Assembly (NCBI GenBank): GCA_038496445.1
Contig: JALMLS010000424.1
Location: 1-64,000, forward strand
Origin: Trichosphaerium sp. ATCC 40318
Lineage: Eukaryota; Protista; Tubulinea
Direction: 5' to 3'
DNA length: 64,000 nt
Under the pieces are notes generated by a model that was given only the letters and a program-made list of their open reading frames with translations, ran no database searches and was not told the origin of the DNA. The position numbers were made by a program, and so were the translations under genes. Positions 51,601 to 64,000 of this stretch are shown here, piece after piece; the stretch's first letter is position 1, and each line of letters begins with the position of its first letter.

Positions 51601-52681
51601 TAAGAACGTTGTTTGTGTTTTGAATATTCGAGATTTCCTTGTAACGTGTTCACATTGTAGACCTTAGAAGCAAAAAAAAAAAAATTTATGATTGTGAAAT
51701 TTCATTTTTTGACAAGCTCCGGAAACTTTTTCTCTTCGGAAATGATACCATTATAAACGATTAAAAATGCCTTTTATATCATTATAAAATACATGTTTTT
51801 GTATACAAGTGGTTTATTAATACATTTATAGGATATCTACCCAAACACCAAGGAAACGGTGCGTAGTATTTTTTACTTTTTTTTTTTTGAAATTGAAAAG
51901 TGTTTGGCGAAGTGTTTCTAGGTTATGGTCGTAGCTAGACCCAAGTCTTTTTGACATTGATTGTGTTCTTTTATTTTCATTTTCGGTAACAACGCTTATA
52001 TTTTTCCTATAGGATGATGGCGCTTACCCTAATGAGGTTAACGTATCACTAAATAAAGGAGCTGCATCGGAAGACATTAAAAAAGCTTTTACCGATCACT
52101 TGATACCTAAAATACACGCTTTCAAGCCGAACCTTTTCTTCATTTCTGCTGGTTTTGATGCACACAAGAAGGACCCTACGAAGGTACGGTGATATAAAAA
52201 GACACGTATTTAGTGATAACTATTTATCTACTCGGGAGAGAGAGGAAAAAAGATCTTTAACTTTTTTTTTCACTTTTTTTTTTTTTTGTTCCTTCTGTTT
52301 TTGTTAATTTTATTTACTACGTCTCTTTACTTGCCTTGCTCTTTTTAAAGAAACAATAATTGTCTTTTTACGAAGTACAAGCTTTCTATATGTGCACACA
52401 TATTCTATATACGACGTAGTTATCTATATATTTTAATATCGATATATTTTTATAAACTCTTATCAACTTTCTGTTTTCTAATCATGTTGTATTCTTAGGC
52501 TCTTCACTTTTCTATACGTGACTACAGCTGGATGACAAAGATGATCATGGTTTTAGCCAAGAAGTACGCATACGGTAGAGTCATTTCAGTCCTTGAGGGT
52601 GGATACTGTCTTAAATACCTTAAACTATGCGTAATGGCTCATGTTATGGAACTAATGAAAAAGGATAAAGCGACTACTTGA
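48626..52681 (+). CDS. Class II-type histone deacetylase with an N-terminal FHA-like domain
   Basis: HLERPARL, AVRPPGHHAG, GYCLVNNVAVG, IIDFDVHHGNGT, ISAGFDAH, SVLEGGY. N-terminal IFGRG...ISRRQA...GLNSMY...IGDVFSL. Confidence 0.88.
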
Positions 52682-53325
52682 AAGAAAAAAAAAAAAAAAA
52701 GTGAAGAAATAAGAAAAAAAAACACTTTCTTCCTTTCCGTCTGTGAGTTTGGTTTTTGTAACACAAATCTCAGAAAATCTTTTTACTTCCTTTGCATAAA
52801 AAAAACGAAAAAAAGAAAAAAAAAAAAAAAAGAAACCAAAAGAGCTCTTCACGTTCTTGGTTTGTTATTGTAATTAAACGAAAAAAAAAGGGTCCCTCTC
52901 ATAAATAAAGATGTAATTGTACATGATTATTGATGTTTATTTAAAACCGAGAATACAAAAAAAAAAATTAAATATTTTTACGAACGGCAGACGCATATTT
53001 CGTGAACTACTGCAGCAAATTTTTTTTCACCGCCATAAAAATAGCCTAAATATGCCCGTCATGCACTATATATCCCTCTAAGGTATGTCGGGGCGTTTGT
53101 GTGCAAAACTTTCGCTTTTTGTGATTCCGGAACGCTCTAGTGTCTTTGATGTTATTTTTAAGCGTAGTTTAGTATTACAAGGTTGTTTTTAGTGTTTTTT
53201 GCAAAGCAAACTACCTAGTAAATATGGGTTTTGAGTGTCAAAATCGGCTTTGCTTGAATTCCACAACCAATAAAATTTTGCATTTGTTACTTCACAACCA
53301 CAACTCTCCCTAAATATCGCCACCA

Positions 53326-54783
53326 ATGTCCATCAGACGGGGTACGTAGCGTGTTTAGCATGCATAACTTGAACTACTCCGGGTTTTAAGCTAATCATGC
53401 CGTAGCTTCTACAGACCTTCCTTCATGCGTTGCTTGTTCCCCCGAGAGCACGGAAACCACGGAACCGTCTTTGTGTAAGACGCACCAAAGGTGAGAACTT
53501 TGTCTTTACCCCAAAGAACCCAAAAGCTTTTCTGTTTGCTCCAAAACGCGTTACTTATATGTTGTAGAATGTTCCAAGGCCAATATGTTAGTCTACTAGA
53601 CTTGTTTAAAGTACGCAACTCTATACCGCTGTTCTCGGTCTTAACAACCAACTAGGGCAACTTTTCAGCGATGGCAGCGACAATTCTCTCTTTGGGCACA
53701 ACAAAACAACTAAACACGCCTCTCGTTACTGGTCAACTAACAAAGAAACTAAACTGGACAGAAGACGGAGGAAAATCGCGAACGCGATACAATTCCACAC
53801 AAGCGCTCAAGGCGTTTTGTAGAGCTTGTTTTAAGAAGAGTACGCATACATTTAACGCTTAGACCACTTGAAAAACTTTTTGGTTTTGGAGAACTTGAAA
53901 AAACCTATTTCGACCCAACTTTTTTAAACATCATTCGTCTACCATTGTATCATATTATAAACCACTCTGGTATCCTTTATTTAGAATTTCGCAAGTTTAC
54001 TACTATTTTCAAACATTCCCACATTGCTAACGGTTAGTCTCGTAGGTCCTACATCATTTTCGCGAAAGCCACCAAAGAACTCAGCGAGCAAACAGGACTT
54101 CACAGACTGGGCAGACCAACATAAGGTTGATATCTCCGACTTCAAGACTCGAACATACAACAAAAGAAGCCGTACAAGCCATACGAGCCATACAAGCCAT
54201 ACAAGAGATACTGACGATCTATTTGACGAATCTCGTGTTATGCGAGTAGAAGAACGCGCTGAAGTGCCTTTGATGCATAGGCGTAAACGTAGAAGAACAG
54301 GTAAAACGAAGAATTCCAAAAAAAAAGTTTTTTTGTGGTTTGTTTGCGAGATTAAGAAAAACTTTTGTTCTCGCGCGAAAATTTTTTTTTGTGTGTGCTT
54401 TTTCTCCTTTTCTTATGCTTATACGATCTTTAGATTCCACTCTATCTTCCGATACTGAGCTCTCTGAAGAGTCTATGGACGCTGAAGCGTACCCTATTGC
54501 GCATAAAATAGAACCACTTATTAATCAGCCTACTTCGTTCCCTCAGTATTCTATGCGCTACAGTACTACGGCAATAAGAAATTCTTCGCGCCCTATGCGT
54601 TCCCAAACAGTATCTCATACTCAGAATATTACCACTGTCACGGCTGGTATTAAAGCAGAGAAGCCTCCAACGTATGCTAAGCGATTAATGGCCGATACTG
54701 AAGCCGATGCTATTGCTGCTCTTACTTCTTTGGCCGAATTCGCCTCAGAGGAAGACTCAGATGATGAGAAACGTATGCGATAA
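53326..54783 (+). CDS. Hypothetical (probably nuclear) protein, spliced
   Basis: Exon-like segments with GT/GC-AG borders; basic HRRKRRR; C-terminal DAIAALTSLAEFA; stop at 54783. Confidence 0.5.
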
Positions 54784-55611
54784 ATAGCATTACGTTCAGA
54801 AGAATAAGAATAAGGGTATTTCGGCTCTATACTTCTTTCACGTTGCACATACGAAACCTATTTATAAGATCATAATTCTTGCCCAACTTTTTTTTTTTTA
54901 TCAGCTGATTTCTAAACTCTGCTATAATTAAACTTGTAAATAATACTTGTAAATAAATAACAAAATATATATCTCTACTATACCGGTGATGGTTTATTAA
55001 TTTCTCTTTTTTATGCGATTTTTTTGAAGCCGAAATCGAAATTTAGGCAAAAAAATCTGGTTCCCGTAATTTTTTCGTAAGATGAAAGTTGGCCAATAAA
55101 TTGGGTACTGGGAACACAACACACGTATTTGTCTTAGTGTGAGTTGTTTGTTTAGATGGTTTATATAGGTTTTATTAAAGATACGCTGTGAAGTTTACGT
55201 TTTATATTTTTTGTTGTTACTGAAATTGGTGTCTTGATGGTTTTTGTGCGTAGTAGTATTGTTACCATATGTACTGAGATCAAAAAAGTCTGTTTGAACT
55301 GAAAAAAAAAAGAAAGGAGAAACAGAATTCTTACGCGAAAATAAATCACTTTGCAACTAAGTGTTGCACAACCACTCACGCACAAGAACAATAGTTTTCG
55401 AAGTAAAATAAAGATTGTCATTCGCTTGCCGTTTTGGGCTTGTAAACTTGCAATTTCACTTTTCTGTAATATTCATTAATATTCAAGCACAGAAGGTGTG
55501 AAAAAGTTACTTTCTGTAATTGTAATTTGAAACAAAGACAATCAAAAATATTTTGCCCGACTTAAAGTGTTAAGTAATAAACCGACCAAACGGTATAAAG
55601 TTCGCTTCCAA

Positions 55612-57640
55612 ATGGTGTTTAGGCAATGTCTTGCTGTGCTAAAGAGGGCTGGGCACGATAAAGATACTTTGATTGCTCTAGGATTGGGACAACTAATTTC
55701 TTTGCTTATAACAGGCACTGGCGTGGTACGTAGGCGATTGGATGCTATTTTACACCTCATTTACATGTAATCTGTGAAAAGTGCGCCCAATAAGCTAATT
55801 TTCGTAGAACGCGCGATACGCGTTGAATGTCAAAACCAGACATTATTACGTTAAAATTGAGCCAAAATCATTAAAACGTCATCCAACGCTTATGGTATGT
55901 TTTAATACAACTGACATTTGCCCGTAGACGTCTCAACTACTTGTGGAGCGTCATAGCATTAGTATGCCGACAACACAAAGCTTTTTGAATTATTTACTGC
56001 TTGGTATTGTATTTGGTGGCATAATGATAAAGAGAGGCGATTTTCTGACATGCATCAAAACAAAATTTTTCATTTATATCCCACTAGCTTTAGTAGACGT
56101 TGAAGCTAATTTTTTAGGTACGTACAAATGATTTTTCAGTTGTTTGTGTGGTGTCAGAGCCACATTTTTTTTTTGTTGATTTTTTCGAACGTTTTTGGAT
56201 TATTTGCGTTTTAACTGCGTTGTAGTCGTTAAAGCGTACCAGTATACATCTATAACGAGTGTTATGCTCCTGTACGTTTAATTAAAAGTCATTGGTGTTA
56301 TAATATAGCCTCCTGACTGTTTTCTTAGTGATTGTTTTACAATTCCATGCGTTTTGGGCTTGACTTATTTTTTCCTCAAAACACGTTACAACTGGCGTCA
56401 TCTAATAGGCGTTTTCTTTGCCCTAGTCGGTTTGGGTGTTCTTATATATTCTGATGCTGCCAGTAACCATCATGAAGGTGAGAATCAAGGCAATAGAAAT
56501 CAAAAGAGAATTTTTTATTCTTATTTTTTTCTTAATTCTAGGAGGATCAAATAAGATTGTTGGTGATGTTCTTTGCTTGGCTAGTGCTTTATTATATGCT
56601 GTATCAAATGTTGGACAAGAAGGCTCAATTAAAAAATGGGATAGTGTTGAGTTCTTAGCTATGATAGGTCTATACGGTTCTGTTATTGGCGGGTGTCAGG
56701 CGTAAGTCCTTACGTGACTTTTTCTATTATTCCTATCAAACATTTTTTTGGCTAACTCTTTCCTCAGTGCTATTTTGGAGCATAAGAGCTGGTCTACTTT
56801 TGAATGGGACTTAGTATCAGGTACTAAAGAAGTAAATTATTGTTAGGAACAGAGACGTATTACAACGTTATCCGCGAGTTTCCTAATTATTGGTATCACA
56901 CAAATGACTTATTTAAGTTCATTAATATCGACGCAATGGTAACTGTCTCATATTGTCCGTTTCAGTCAAGTTAGTCAACCCGTTATTTCGATCGTTATTA
57001 ATGAACGCAAATAAGCCATTTGTGTGATACCAACATTAGGAAACTCGCGGTATTGTTTTGCAAGATTTTTTATTAATCACGTGATTAGTGAGTTTGCTTA
57101 TTCTGTATGCTGCATGCCTTTTTCTTGTTTATGTTCTTGTACCTATTGTACTTGATACTGGAGGATCTACACTATATAACCTTTCTCTACTTACATCAGA
57201 TGTTTTTGCAATAGTAGTAGGCATATATCTCTTCAACAATAGTGTACGTTCATTTTTCTTTGATTTGAAGAAAAAAACGAAAAAAAATGCGGAATTATTC
57301 TTTTAATATCCTACTACCCAGAGTAGTTTAAACTTATGCTTCTTAATGCCTTTTTCTTTTGTTTTTAACACAAAAACTCACCACGTGAGTTTGCAATTTA
57401 GCGTGACTTTTCTTTTTTGGCTTCAAAGGGTTGACTCCAAGTTTTTTTTTCATCTAATTAAGTTGTTAGCTTTCTTGGCTCTATTTCGTTGCTCTGGCAA
57501 TAATTGTACTCGGGTTACTTATTTATAATATCAATAATGCGCCAGTTACAGCACAAAAAGCTCGTGATATGCAAATTCAAGGTGACGAAGAAGAGCAATT
57601 TGTAAAAACAGAATCTAGTCCAAGTAGTACATCAACTTAA
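55612..57640 (+). CDS. SLC35F-family (DUF914) solute carrier
   Basis: LGQLISLLITGTG, PTTQSFLNYLLL, DVEANFL/VVKAYQYTSITSVMLL/DCFTIP, GDVLCLASALLYAVSNVGQE, YNLSLLTSDVF. Confidence 0.92.
56872..57050. mobile_element. Small intronic MITE-like foldback element (~179 bp)
   Basis: ~42-bp imperfect inverted repeats CCGCGAGTTTCCTAAT..TTGGTATCACACAAATG / CATTTGTGTGATACCAA..ATTAGGAAACTCGCGG, flanked by TAT on both sides. Confidence 0.75.
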
Positions 57641-58165
57641 CCAGTTTTTTTTTCGTCGTAAAAGAACTCTTGGCCCTCTCAGCTGCAGCCACCATAGATT
57701 TAAAACAAAGAAACCATATCACATATTGTATATGTAGTAACAGTGTACTGAAAAATACACACGAGGAAGTAGTAGAGGCTTACATGTTGATCCGTGACAA
57801 AAAAATACTGAGTAATAAATCAAATATTTCGTATTTAAAGTTTTATTGTAGCTTTATAATAAAGTTCCATATTTAATACCACTTTAATATTGCGTATGTT
57901 CTGCCAAAGTGCAATATGTCTTATCCATCTGTTATTGGCACATGGCCACTTGAGTGCAAATACATTTTGTGTAAGAAGTCATGTTATCAGCTTTGAAAAT
58001 TAGTCCTAAAGCAATGGAGATAATAGTAAGTTTTTCTTGCTGATTAATAGAACTTTATTAGAGCAACAACTGCTTACATATATTGCACAGGACATGAAAT
58101 AATTTTGCCAAATGTTTCCAAGCTAATTAATTTTGCACCTACCAGTGCACTTATTCCTATAGCCG

Positions 58166-58921
58166 TTATTGATAGATAGTGTGTACACCTGCCAATGCCT
58201 TCAAACCTTCATCTGTTACATTTGTAAATGATAAATTAATCTCATGTACACCTGCCAATGCTGCAATGCCATTGTCTGTTATTGACTCACAACAACGTAA
58301 GTTGATAGTGTGTACACCTGCCAATGCCTCAATGCCATTGTCTGTTATTGACTTACAATAACATAGGTTGATAGTGTGTACACCTGCCAATGCCTTCAAA
58401 CCTTCACCTGCTACATTTGTATATGATAAATCAATATCATGTACACCTGCCAATGCCGCAATGCCATTGTCTGTTATTGATTTACAATAACATAGGTTGA
58501 TAGTGTGTACACCTGCCAATGCCTTCAAACCTTCATCTGTTACATTTGTAAATGATAAATCAATCTCATATACACCTGCCAATGCCGCAATGCCATTGTC
58601 TGTTATTGACTTACATCTATGTAGGCTGACAGTGTGCACACCTGCCAATGCCGCAATAATGTCGTTTGTTGGCTCACTCAGGCTGAGATCAATAGTCGTA
58701 TTGTGGAGTAATGGACTACCAGAAAGCATCTGAACTTTATTTGTGTTTTTAATACGGATACGACCATACCCAACATGGTTGTGAACAATATCTCGTAAAA
58801 GATGGCACGTTTGGGCTGTACGAAGCGTATACATCCCTTGTTTGAGAATATGGACTATTAACTCAATTGGTAGCGCAACAAGGTCGAATACTTGGTTGAA
58901 CTGTGTTTGTTGTTTTTCCAT
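58166..58921 (-). CDS. Intronless F-box + leucine-rich repeat protein
   Basis: LVALPIELIVHIL F-box; near-identical LRRs ITDNGIAALAGVHTINLCYCKS / VTDEGLKALAGVH. Confidence 0.88.
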   Translation of the reverse strand: MEKQQTQFNQVFDLVALPIELIVHILKQGMYTLRTAQTCHLLRDIVHNHVGYGRIRIKNTNKVQMLSGSPLLHNTTIDLSLSEPTNDIIAALAGVHTVSLHRCKSITDNGIAALAGVYEIDLSFTNVTDEGLKALAGVHTINLCYCKSITDNGIAALAGVHDIDLSYTNVAGEGLKALAGVHTINLCYCKSITDNGIEALAGVHTINLRCCESITDNGIAALAGVHEINLSFTNVTDEGLKALAGVHTIYQ

Positions 58922-59129
58922 TGTATGATCACGGTTTGTCTTTGTTAAGCAAATGTTATAAAGGAGAACTTGAGGGATTAAATGCGTTTAGCTGGTTAGT
59001 GTGTAGCGGAAGGTCAAAGTCGGTCACAACCCAAACGCTCACATGGCTGTTGGTTTCCTGTAACCTCACTATACTGTACATATCACGATTTACATGATCA
59101 GCAAGTTTGGTCGTTTGTTGGCAAACCAA

Positions 59130-59415
59130 GGCTGAGAAATAGTCGCTATTGTGGAGTAAATGGTTACTACCACTTTCCCATGTGTTTGAACAATATTGTA
59201 ATATTTTAATACGGATACACCATACCCAACATTGTTTGAACCAATATTGTATAAAATCGTTTGGGCTGTACGAAGCGTATACATCCCTTGTTTGAATATT
59301 CTTTAATCCATTGTAAAACAAGGTCGAATACTTGAAACAGTCCACTTTTGTTTTTTTGTATTATTATTCCTTATTATCTTTGCAGTTGTTATAAATAGAA
59401 ATTGAGGGATTAAAC
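59130..59415 (-). pseudogene. Degenerate tandem duplicate of the 5' end and upstream region of the F-box/LRR gene (~58690-58985)
   Basis: Shared CGTTTGGGCTGTACGAAGCGTATACATCCCTTGTTTGA, ACAAGGTCGAATACTTG and TTGAGGGATTAAA blocks, with many indels. Confidence 0.75.
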
Positions 59416-60051
59416 GTGGGTCCGCTTGTTGAAGGAGGACAAGACAGTATCCACAACATCAACTTAGCACGCACAAATATAACAGATGTTTCATTGAAGG
59501 CTCTCAAGTATGTCCATACAATTAATATCCGTCGCTGTGTGAATATCACTGTTGAAGGGATAAAATCACTCAAAGATGTACATGATATTACAGTCAGTCC
59601 AAAACCTGAATGGCTTGAACACCTTGGCAACATACACACAGTTTGTATAATATCCCATACCTATAGAGAGTCAGCTATTGAAGAGGATCAACTCAAATCA
59701 TTAGTTAACACCAAACATTTTTCCTTACAATTCTCAAATATAAGAGACGACGTTTTTAGACATTTAACCAACAAGCTCGAGTGCCTTGAACTCAGTCATA
59801 GTCACTCTATTTCTGACTTGAGTCTGAGGCATTTGGTGCATTTAAAGCAACTCAAGCTTGATGACTGTTGCTCTATCACAGGCTCATGCTTTCAGTACTT
59901 AAGTAATTTGACACATCTTGCTCTTTGTTATAGCCGAATGCTTGAAGGGTCAGGTTTAAAGTATTTGGTTAACCTCAAGTACCTTACTCTCGTTAATTGC
60001 CATAAGATTAAAGCGTCAGATTTAAAGTACTTGGTTAACCTTGTACCTTAA
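59416..60051 (+). CDS. Intronless leucine-rich repeat protein (no ATG start seen; LRR-like coding seems to continue frameshifted after 60051)
   Basis: INLARTNITDVSLKAL, LKQLKLDDCCSITGSCFQYLSNLTHLAL, LKYLTLVNCHKI. Confidence 0.7.
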   Translation: MGPLVEGGQDSIHNINLARTNITDVSLKALKYVHTINIRRCVNITVEGIKSLKDVHDITVSPKPEWLEHLGNIHTVCIISHTYRESAIEEDQLKSLVNTKHFSLQFSNIRDDVFRHLTNKLECLELSHSHSISDLSLRHLVHLKQLKLDDCCSITGSCFQYLSNLTHLALCYSRMLEGSGLKYLVNLKYLTLVNCHKIKASDLKYLVNLVP

Positions 60052-60692
60052 AATTAAACGGTGTGATAAGATTGTACCTGGACATTTGAAGTATTTGACA
60101 TCTCTCCAGTACTTAGAGCTTGGATACTTGGATTACAACAAAGGTAAGAACTATGCTGATGAAATGGGAGTTGTTTTACTTGTATCGGATATGTGAGGAT
60201 GATTGTAGTGCCTAGTTAGCTCTTGGAGAAAACTATGGCAAGATTATGTATTTAGATCATATTAAAACTGTTCACGGCTATAGTATACCATCTGTTGCAG
60301 TGTAAGGTAAGAGAGACGTGGCCTTAGTTGTAGGATAATAGCGTAATTTATTAGTACATACGTAATACATTCAGAGAACACATTTTGGTGTTCATAGAGT
60401 CTCATGATTAAATGTAATTAGATATGCTGTTGCACGTTACATTAGCAGGTATTAAGCATGTCATAATTGCAACTCAAGGTAGTATTGTTTCAAAAGAAAA
60501 CACAAAATAATGAACAAACGGGATCTTGAGTGTTGACAATTCGAATTGTTCACACTCTGAATTCTTTGCTCTTTTTTTTTCTGGTTTCATGTCATGCCCA
60601 CAGCTGTCGACGTGTTTTAAGGGAAGCGATACCCGTCAACTTAAACTGCTTGCATTTGAATAATTTTATTTTTTCGAAGCAACCCTATGTGC

Positions 60693-62187
60693 TTATTCTA
60701 TTTTTCTATCCAAAGAAGGTCCAGGGAACCATGGAATAAGACGTGATGTTGTTTCTTGGTACAAACGATACATTGGGTATTTATCAGATGAAAGAGATTC
60801 TAAATTGAAAAAATCAGAGAGATAGAAGTAATCAAAGACTGTTTTCGGAGGTGGAGAATGTGATAAAAATAAAAAATAATTGAAAAATGAGACGCATCTC
60901 TGGTACCTGTTAATGGTGTTGATCCTTGGAACAATAGAGTAAGTAGTGTAGTACCAATAATACTCCAGTTAAAAAGAGGTGCTCCAGCACCGATACCGAA
61001 TAAATAGAAACACCACCAAATTGACATTTCACAAAAGAAATTAGGATGCCTTGAATACTTGAACAAACCATGCCTACAAGAAGAGTTAGATCCTCATCAA
61101 GATATCTTCAAAGCAACTACAAAATAAAAACCACCACAAAAATAACACGGTAATCCGCAATCATCACGTGTTCACTCTTTATCTGTAGTAAAACTAATAA
61201 AAATTTTCTTTCAAAAATGACACGTGTCAATCAAAAAAAATGATGTAGGCTATTCATAAAAGGGCTTGGATGTTCGTACGTTAGAAATCCTCTCTTTACG
61301 TCACCAACAAGTTTTTCAGGAGTGTCAATCTTGTCATGCTTGCATAAATGGAAATACCATTGTTGTTCGTCAGCAAGTGATTCTCCAAATAAACACATTG
61401 CTATTCCAAACGCTGCAAAAGCATCCACGACATTAAACGGAGTGTCACGCCCTTCATAAGCAACTAGAAGCACAATCAGTTAGTTTTGCCCAATGGCAAG
61501 TGATTAGGGATGGTAAGGTAGTACCGTAGGCTGGTAATGCGATGAAGGCGAGAAGGAAGTTTTGGTACAAAGCAACGAAAAAAACGTTGAAAATCTGAAA
61601 GAAGAATGGACCTGTTATCTCTTTTATCACTAGAAATGACGTTATTAGTAGATAGAATTATAATTAAAGGTTTATTTGAAGTACCTGCCCATCTGTAGTC
61701 TTCTTCTGTTGGAGAATAACCTCCTTTTCTATAAAAGTTGTACGAAAGACGAGCGCCCCACCACTGAAGGCGTTTAGTGTCGTAAGTTTGGTATTAAACA
61801 AAAGTTTTTGAAAAGCATTTATGGTACGGCGTTATTGTTGATATGGTAGCGTACTGTGATTAATGCGGTCATTATTGACAGGCGTAGGTTATATTTTTCT
61901 CCATTCAAAACAGGATGTAGTGCAATGACCCAAGTGAAGATCACAGGCGATAAAGACCATAATCTATCAACCCAAGAGTAGTTTTTGGTGATTACAGACA
62001 AAACCCAGCATAAAACAGCGAAAATAAGCGCTAGCCACAATACAATGATAGCAGGATCGGCAACAGCCCATAATTCAGGCATATGTGATGGGTTTTGCAG
62101 AATGTGGCCAATATTATCAGTGCAATACCATACACTTGACAACCATTCACTCAATAAGGTCTTTGCAACGTCCAAGTCAGCTGCCAT
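60693..62187 (-). CDS. DUF1295 / steroid 5-alpha-reductase-like membrane protein
   Basis: NYSWVDRLWSL, WGARLSYNFYRKGGY, EEDYRW, ESLADEQQW, GLFKYSRHPNFFCEMSIWW, YQETTSRLIPW. Confidence 0.92.
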
Positions 62188-62388
62188 ACTAATAACGTCA
62201 AAAAAGTAATAATGTTGGTCAAAAAATGTCGCAGTTAACAAAAAAATTGAAACGTTGCAAATTGGAGCGTCAATGTGAGCTATTAAAAGGACTGATACTG
62301 TCTTTTTGCTATTTTATTGATGTGTCAATTGTGACAACACATACCAACTGTAGGGTATCGTGTAATTATAGAATGAGTGAATAGTGTC

Positions 62389-64000
62389 ATGTCTTTCATT
62401 GCACGTGTTTTTCTAGAATACGTTGACTTAACCTGGTTTCAAGTATTAGTTCTGATTTCAATTTAAACGAGCTATCGAACGTTCTAGGTGATAGTGAAGC
62501 TCTACCATTCGTATTCCCTTTGTTTGAGCTTATTATCAAGGCTGGTTAATAATGTGTTGCTTTCATAGGTTTAGCCTACGTTCGTAGGGTATAAGAAAGG
62601 TAACGGACGCGCTTGTGGTTACTCTTAATAAAATTTAGAACAACGCGTACAGTATGGCTCAAATGTCACAAGCAGCGATACCACCGGAACCTCCTAAGCT
62701 GAAAAAAACTAAAACGCAGGTAAACAGATTACTCATTTAAGCTACCGATTTAAATTACCATGTAGGCTTCGCATCAGCGCAATGTAGCACCTACAGAGCA
62801 GCAATTCCAGCCAATCGATGAACTGCAAGTCATAGCAAAACTATCAACTCAATATCCGCTAGTATGGCGTCTAAACAAGGTCGAGGTGCGTCAATACCGT
62901 TAACAGCGATAAAATCAGCAATCTAACGTAACGCTTAGGAATGGCTCGCTCTACCCTTTGTTCAGGATAAAATACAGCTGTGGACACAGCCTTGCGCTAT
63001 TAAAGTCGACTTTACAAAGATACTACCCAAAGAAATGATCTACGAGATTCTGAAGCATGTATTTTGGTTCGAAAGGGATGGATTCAGCATTGCTAAAGAT
63101 AGTATCGTCGCTGTACACCTAGGTAAGGAAAAAACAATGCAAACGAAGCCTAGTAGCAACTGAAAGTTTTTTTCTAAAAGTCAGAATTTTTTTTTCTTTT
63201 AGTGTTTTGACACTATGTCATTATCGTATTATCATCTTGACGTTATACAAACGTGCTGATATATTATTTTAATAGTAAATAAGCGATTACGGAATTGTTT
63301 GCACGAGGCTATTCATAAATACGAAATTTATCTAAACTCAATGGATTGCTGGCCTAGCGGTTTAGTAAAGGCTCCTTTAGATCATTTATTACTTAAACTT
63401 GCACCTGATCTATCTCATCATGAATTCATGAGTTGCTTGAGCTCTTTGAAGCTTAACTTTTCGACAAAAGTTTCGCTTGTAAGTCGCCTTTTGAAAAAAA
63501 AAAAGTTTTGGTTTTGTTTTATTTTTAAAACTTTTCTATTCGATTTATTTTGCCTTTATACCTATTCAATACGTTTACCGATTATTTTATTAGACATATA
63601 GACATGATTTACATTTTTGGGATATGACATGTGCCGAGGAAATTGCGTCAAAATTGAAATCACTTAGAAATCTTCGTCTTGTTTATAGAGCACCAACAGA
63701 GGATGATCCAGCTGCTAATCTTTCTACACTTACTTCTCTTTTATCAAACTTTCGATACCTAGAAGATTTAGAGATACTTGAAGAGCTTGCTGATTATACA
63801 CCTTCAGTACATGATTTCTTGGTTGAAGAGCTTCAAAATCATAAATGCTTAAAGCGTTTATCTCTTTGGGGACCTGGTATCACAACAAAATCATATACAT
63901 GGCGTAAAACGAATATGACATCTATTACAGACTTATCTCTTACAATGACAGAAAGAAGTGATCCACACAATAGCTTTGATATATCAGAGACGTTTCCTAA
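62389..64000 (+). CDS. F-box + LRR-like protein, spliced, runs off the window; start uncertain
   Basis: VDFTKILPKEMIYEILKHV (F-box, ~63005); LRNLRLV, LEDLEIL, LKRLSLWG, ITDLSL repeats. Confidence 0.65.

Noticed and set aside
1-64000. tRNA/rRNA genes
   Set aside because: No recognisable tRNA cloverleaf or rRNA conserved blocks seen by eye; tRNAscan-SE/Infernal not run.

Overview
AT-rich, gene-dense eukaryotic DNA with many short GT-AG (some GC-AG) spliceosomal introns, so the ORF track breaks most genes into pieces. Gene content suggests a phagotrophic amoeboid protist (inference). The flanks hold host genes: a decayed Crinkler-type REase+kinase, a type I membrane protein, a methyltransferase, an ABC1/ADCK kinase, a CH/coiled-coil protein, a GH25 lysozyme-C39-like peptidase fusion, a histidine phosphatase, a Myb-like protein, a tandem-exon repeat protein, a PP2C, an FHA-like/HDAC, an SLC35F transporter, F-box/LRR genes and DUF1295. 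The centre (25.3-47.5 kb) is a nest of DNA transposons. An intronless MORN-repeat gene is split by a 1.14 kb element (26876-28013) and by a 19.1 kb element (28153-47288; CA...TG ends, AT target-site duplication (TSD), GGTATA subterminal repeats); removing both restores the reading frame. The 19 kb element encodes a CACTA/Plavaka-like DDE transposase, a candidate 2OG-Fe(II) dioxygenase followed by an SRA-like domain (a possible self-encoded anti-methylation module), further unknown genes, a captured OPT transporter fragment and minisatellites. A ~1 kb non-autonomous family with 15-bp terminal inverted repeats (TIRs) and 2-bp TSDs occurs three times, one copy inside the transposase. All domain calls were made by eye from motifs, and boundaries of spliced genes are approximate.
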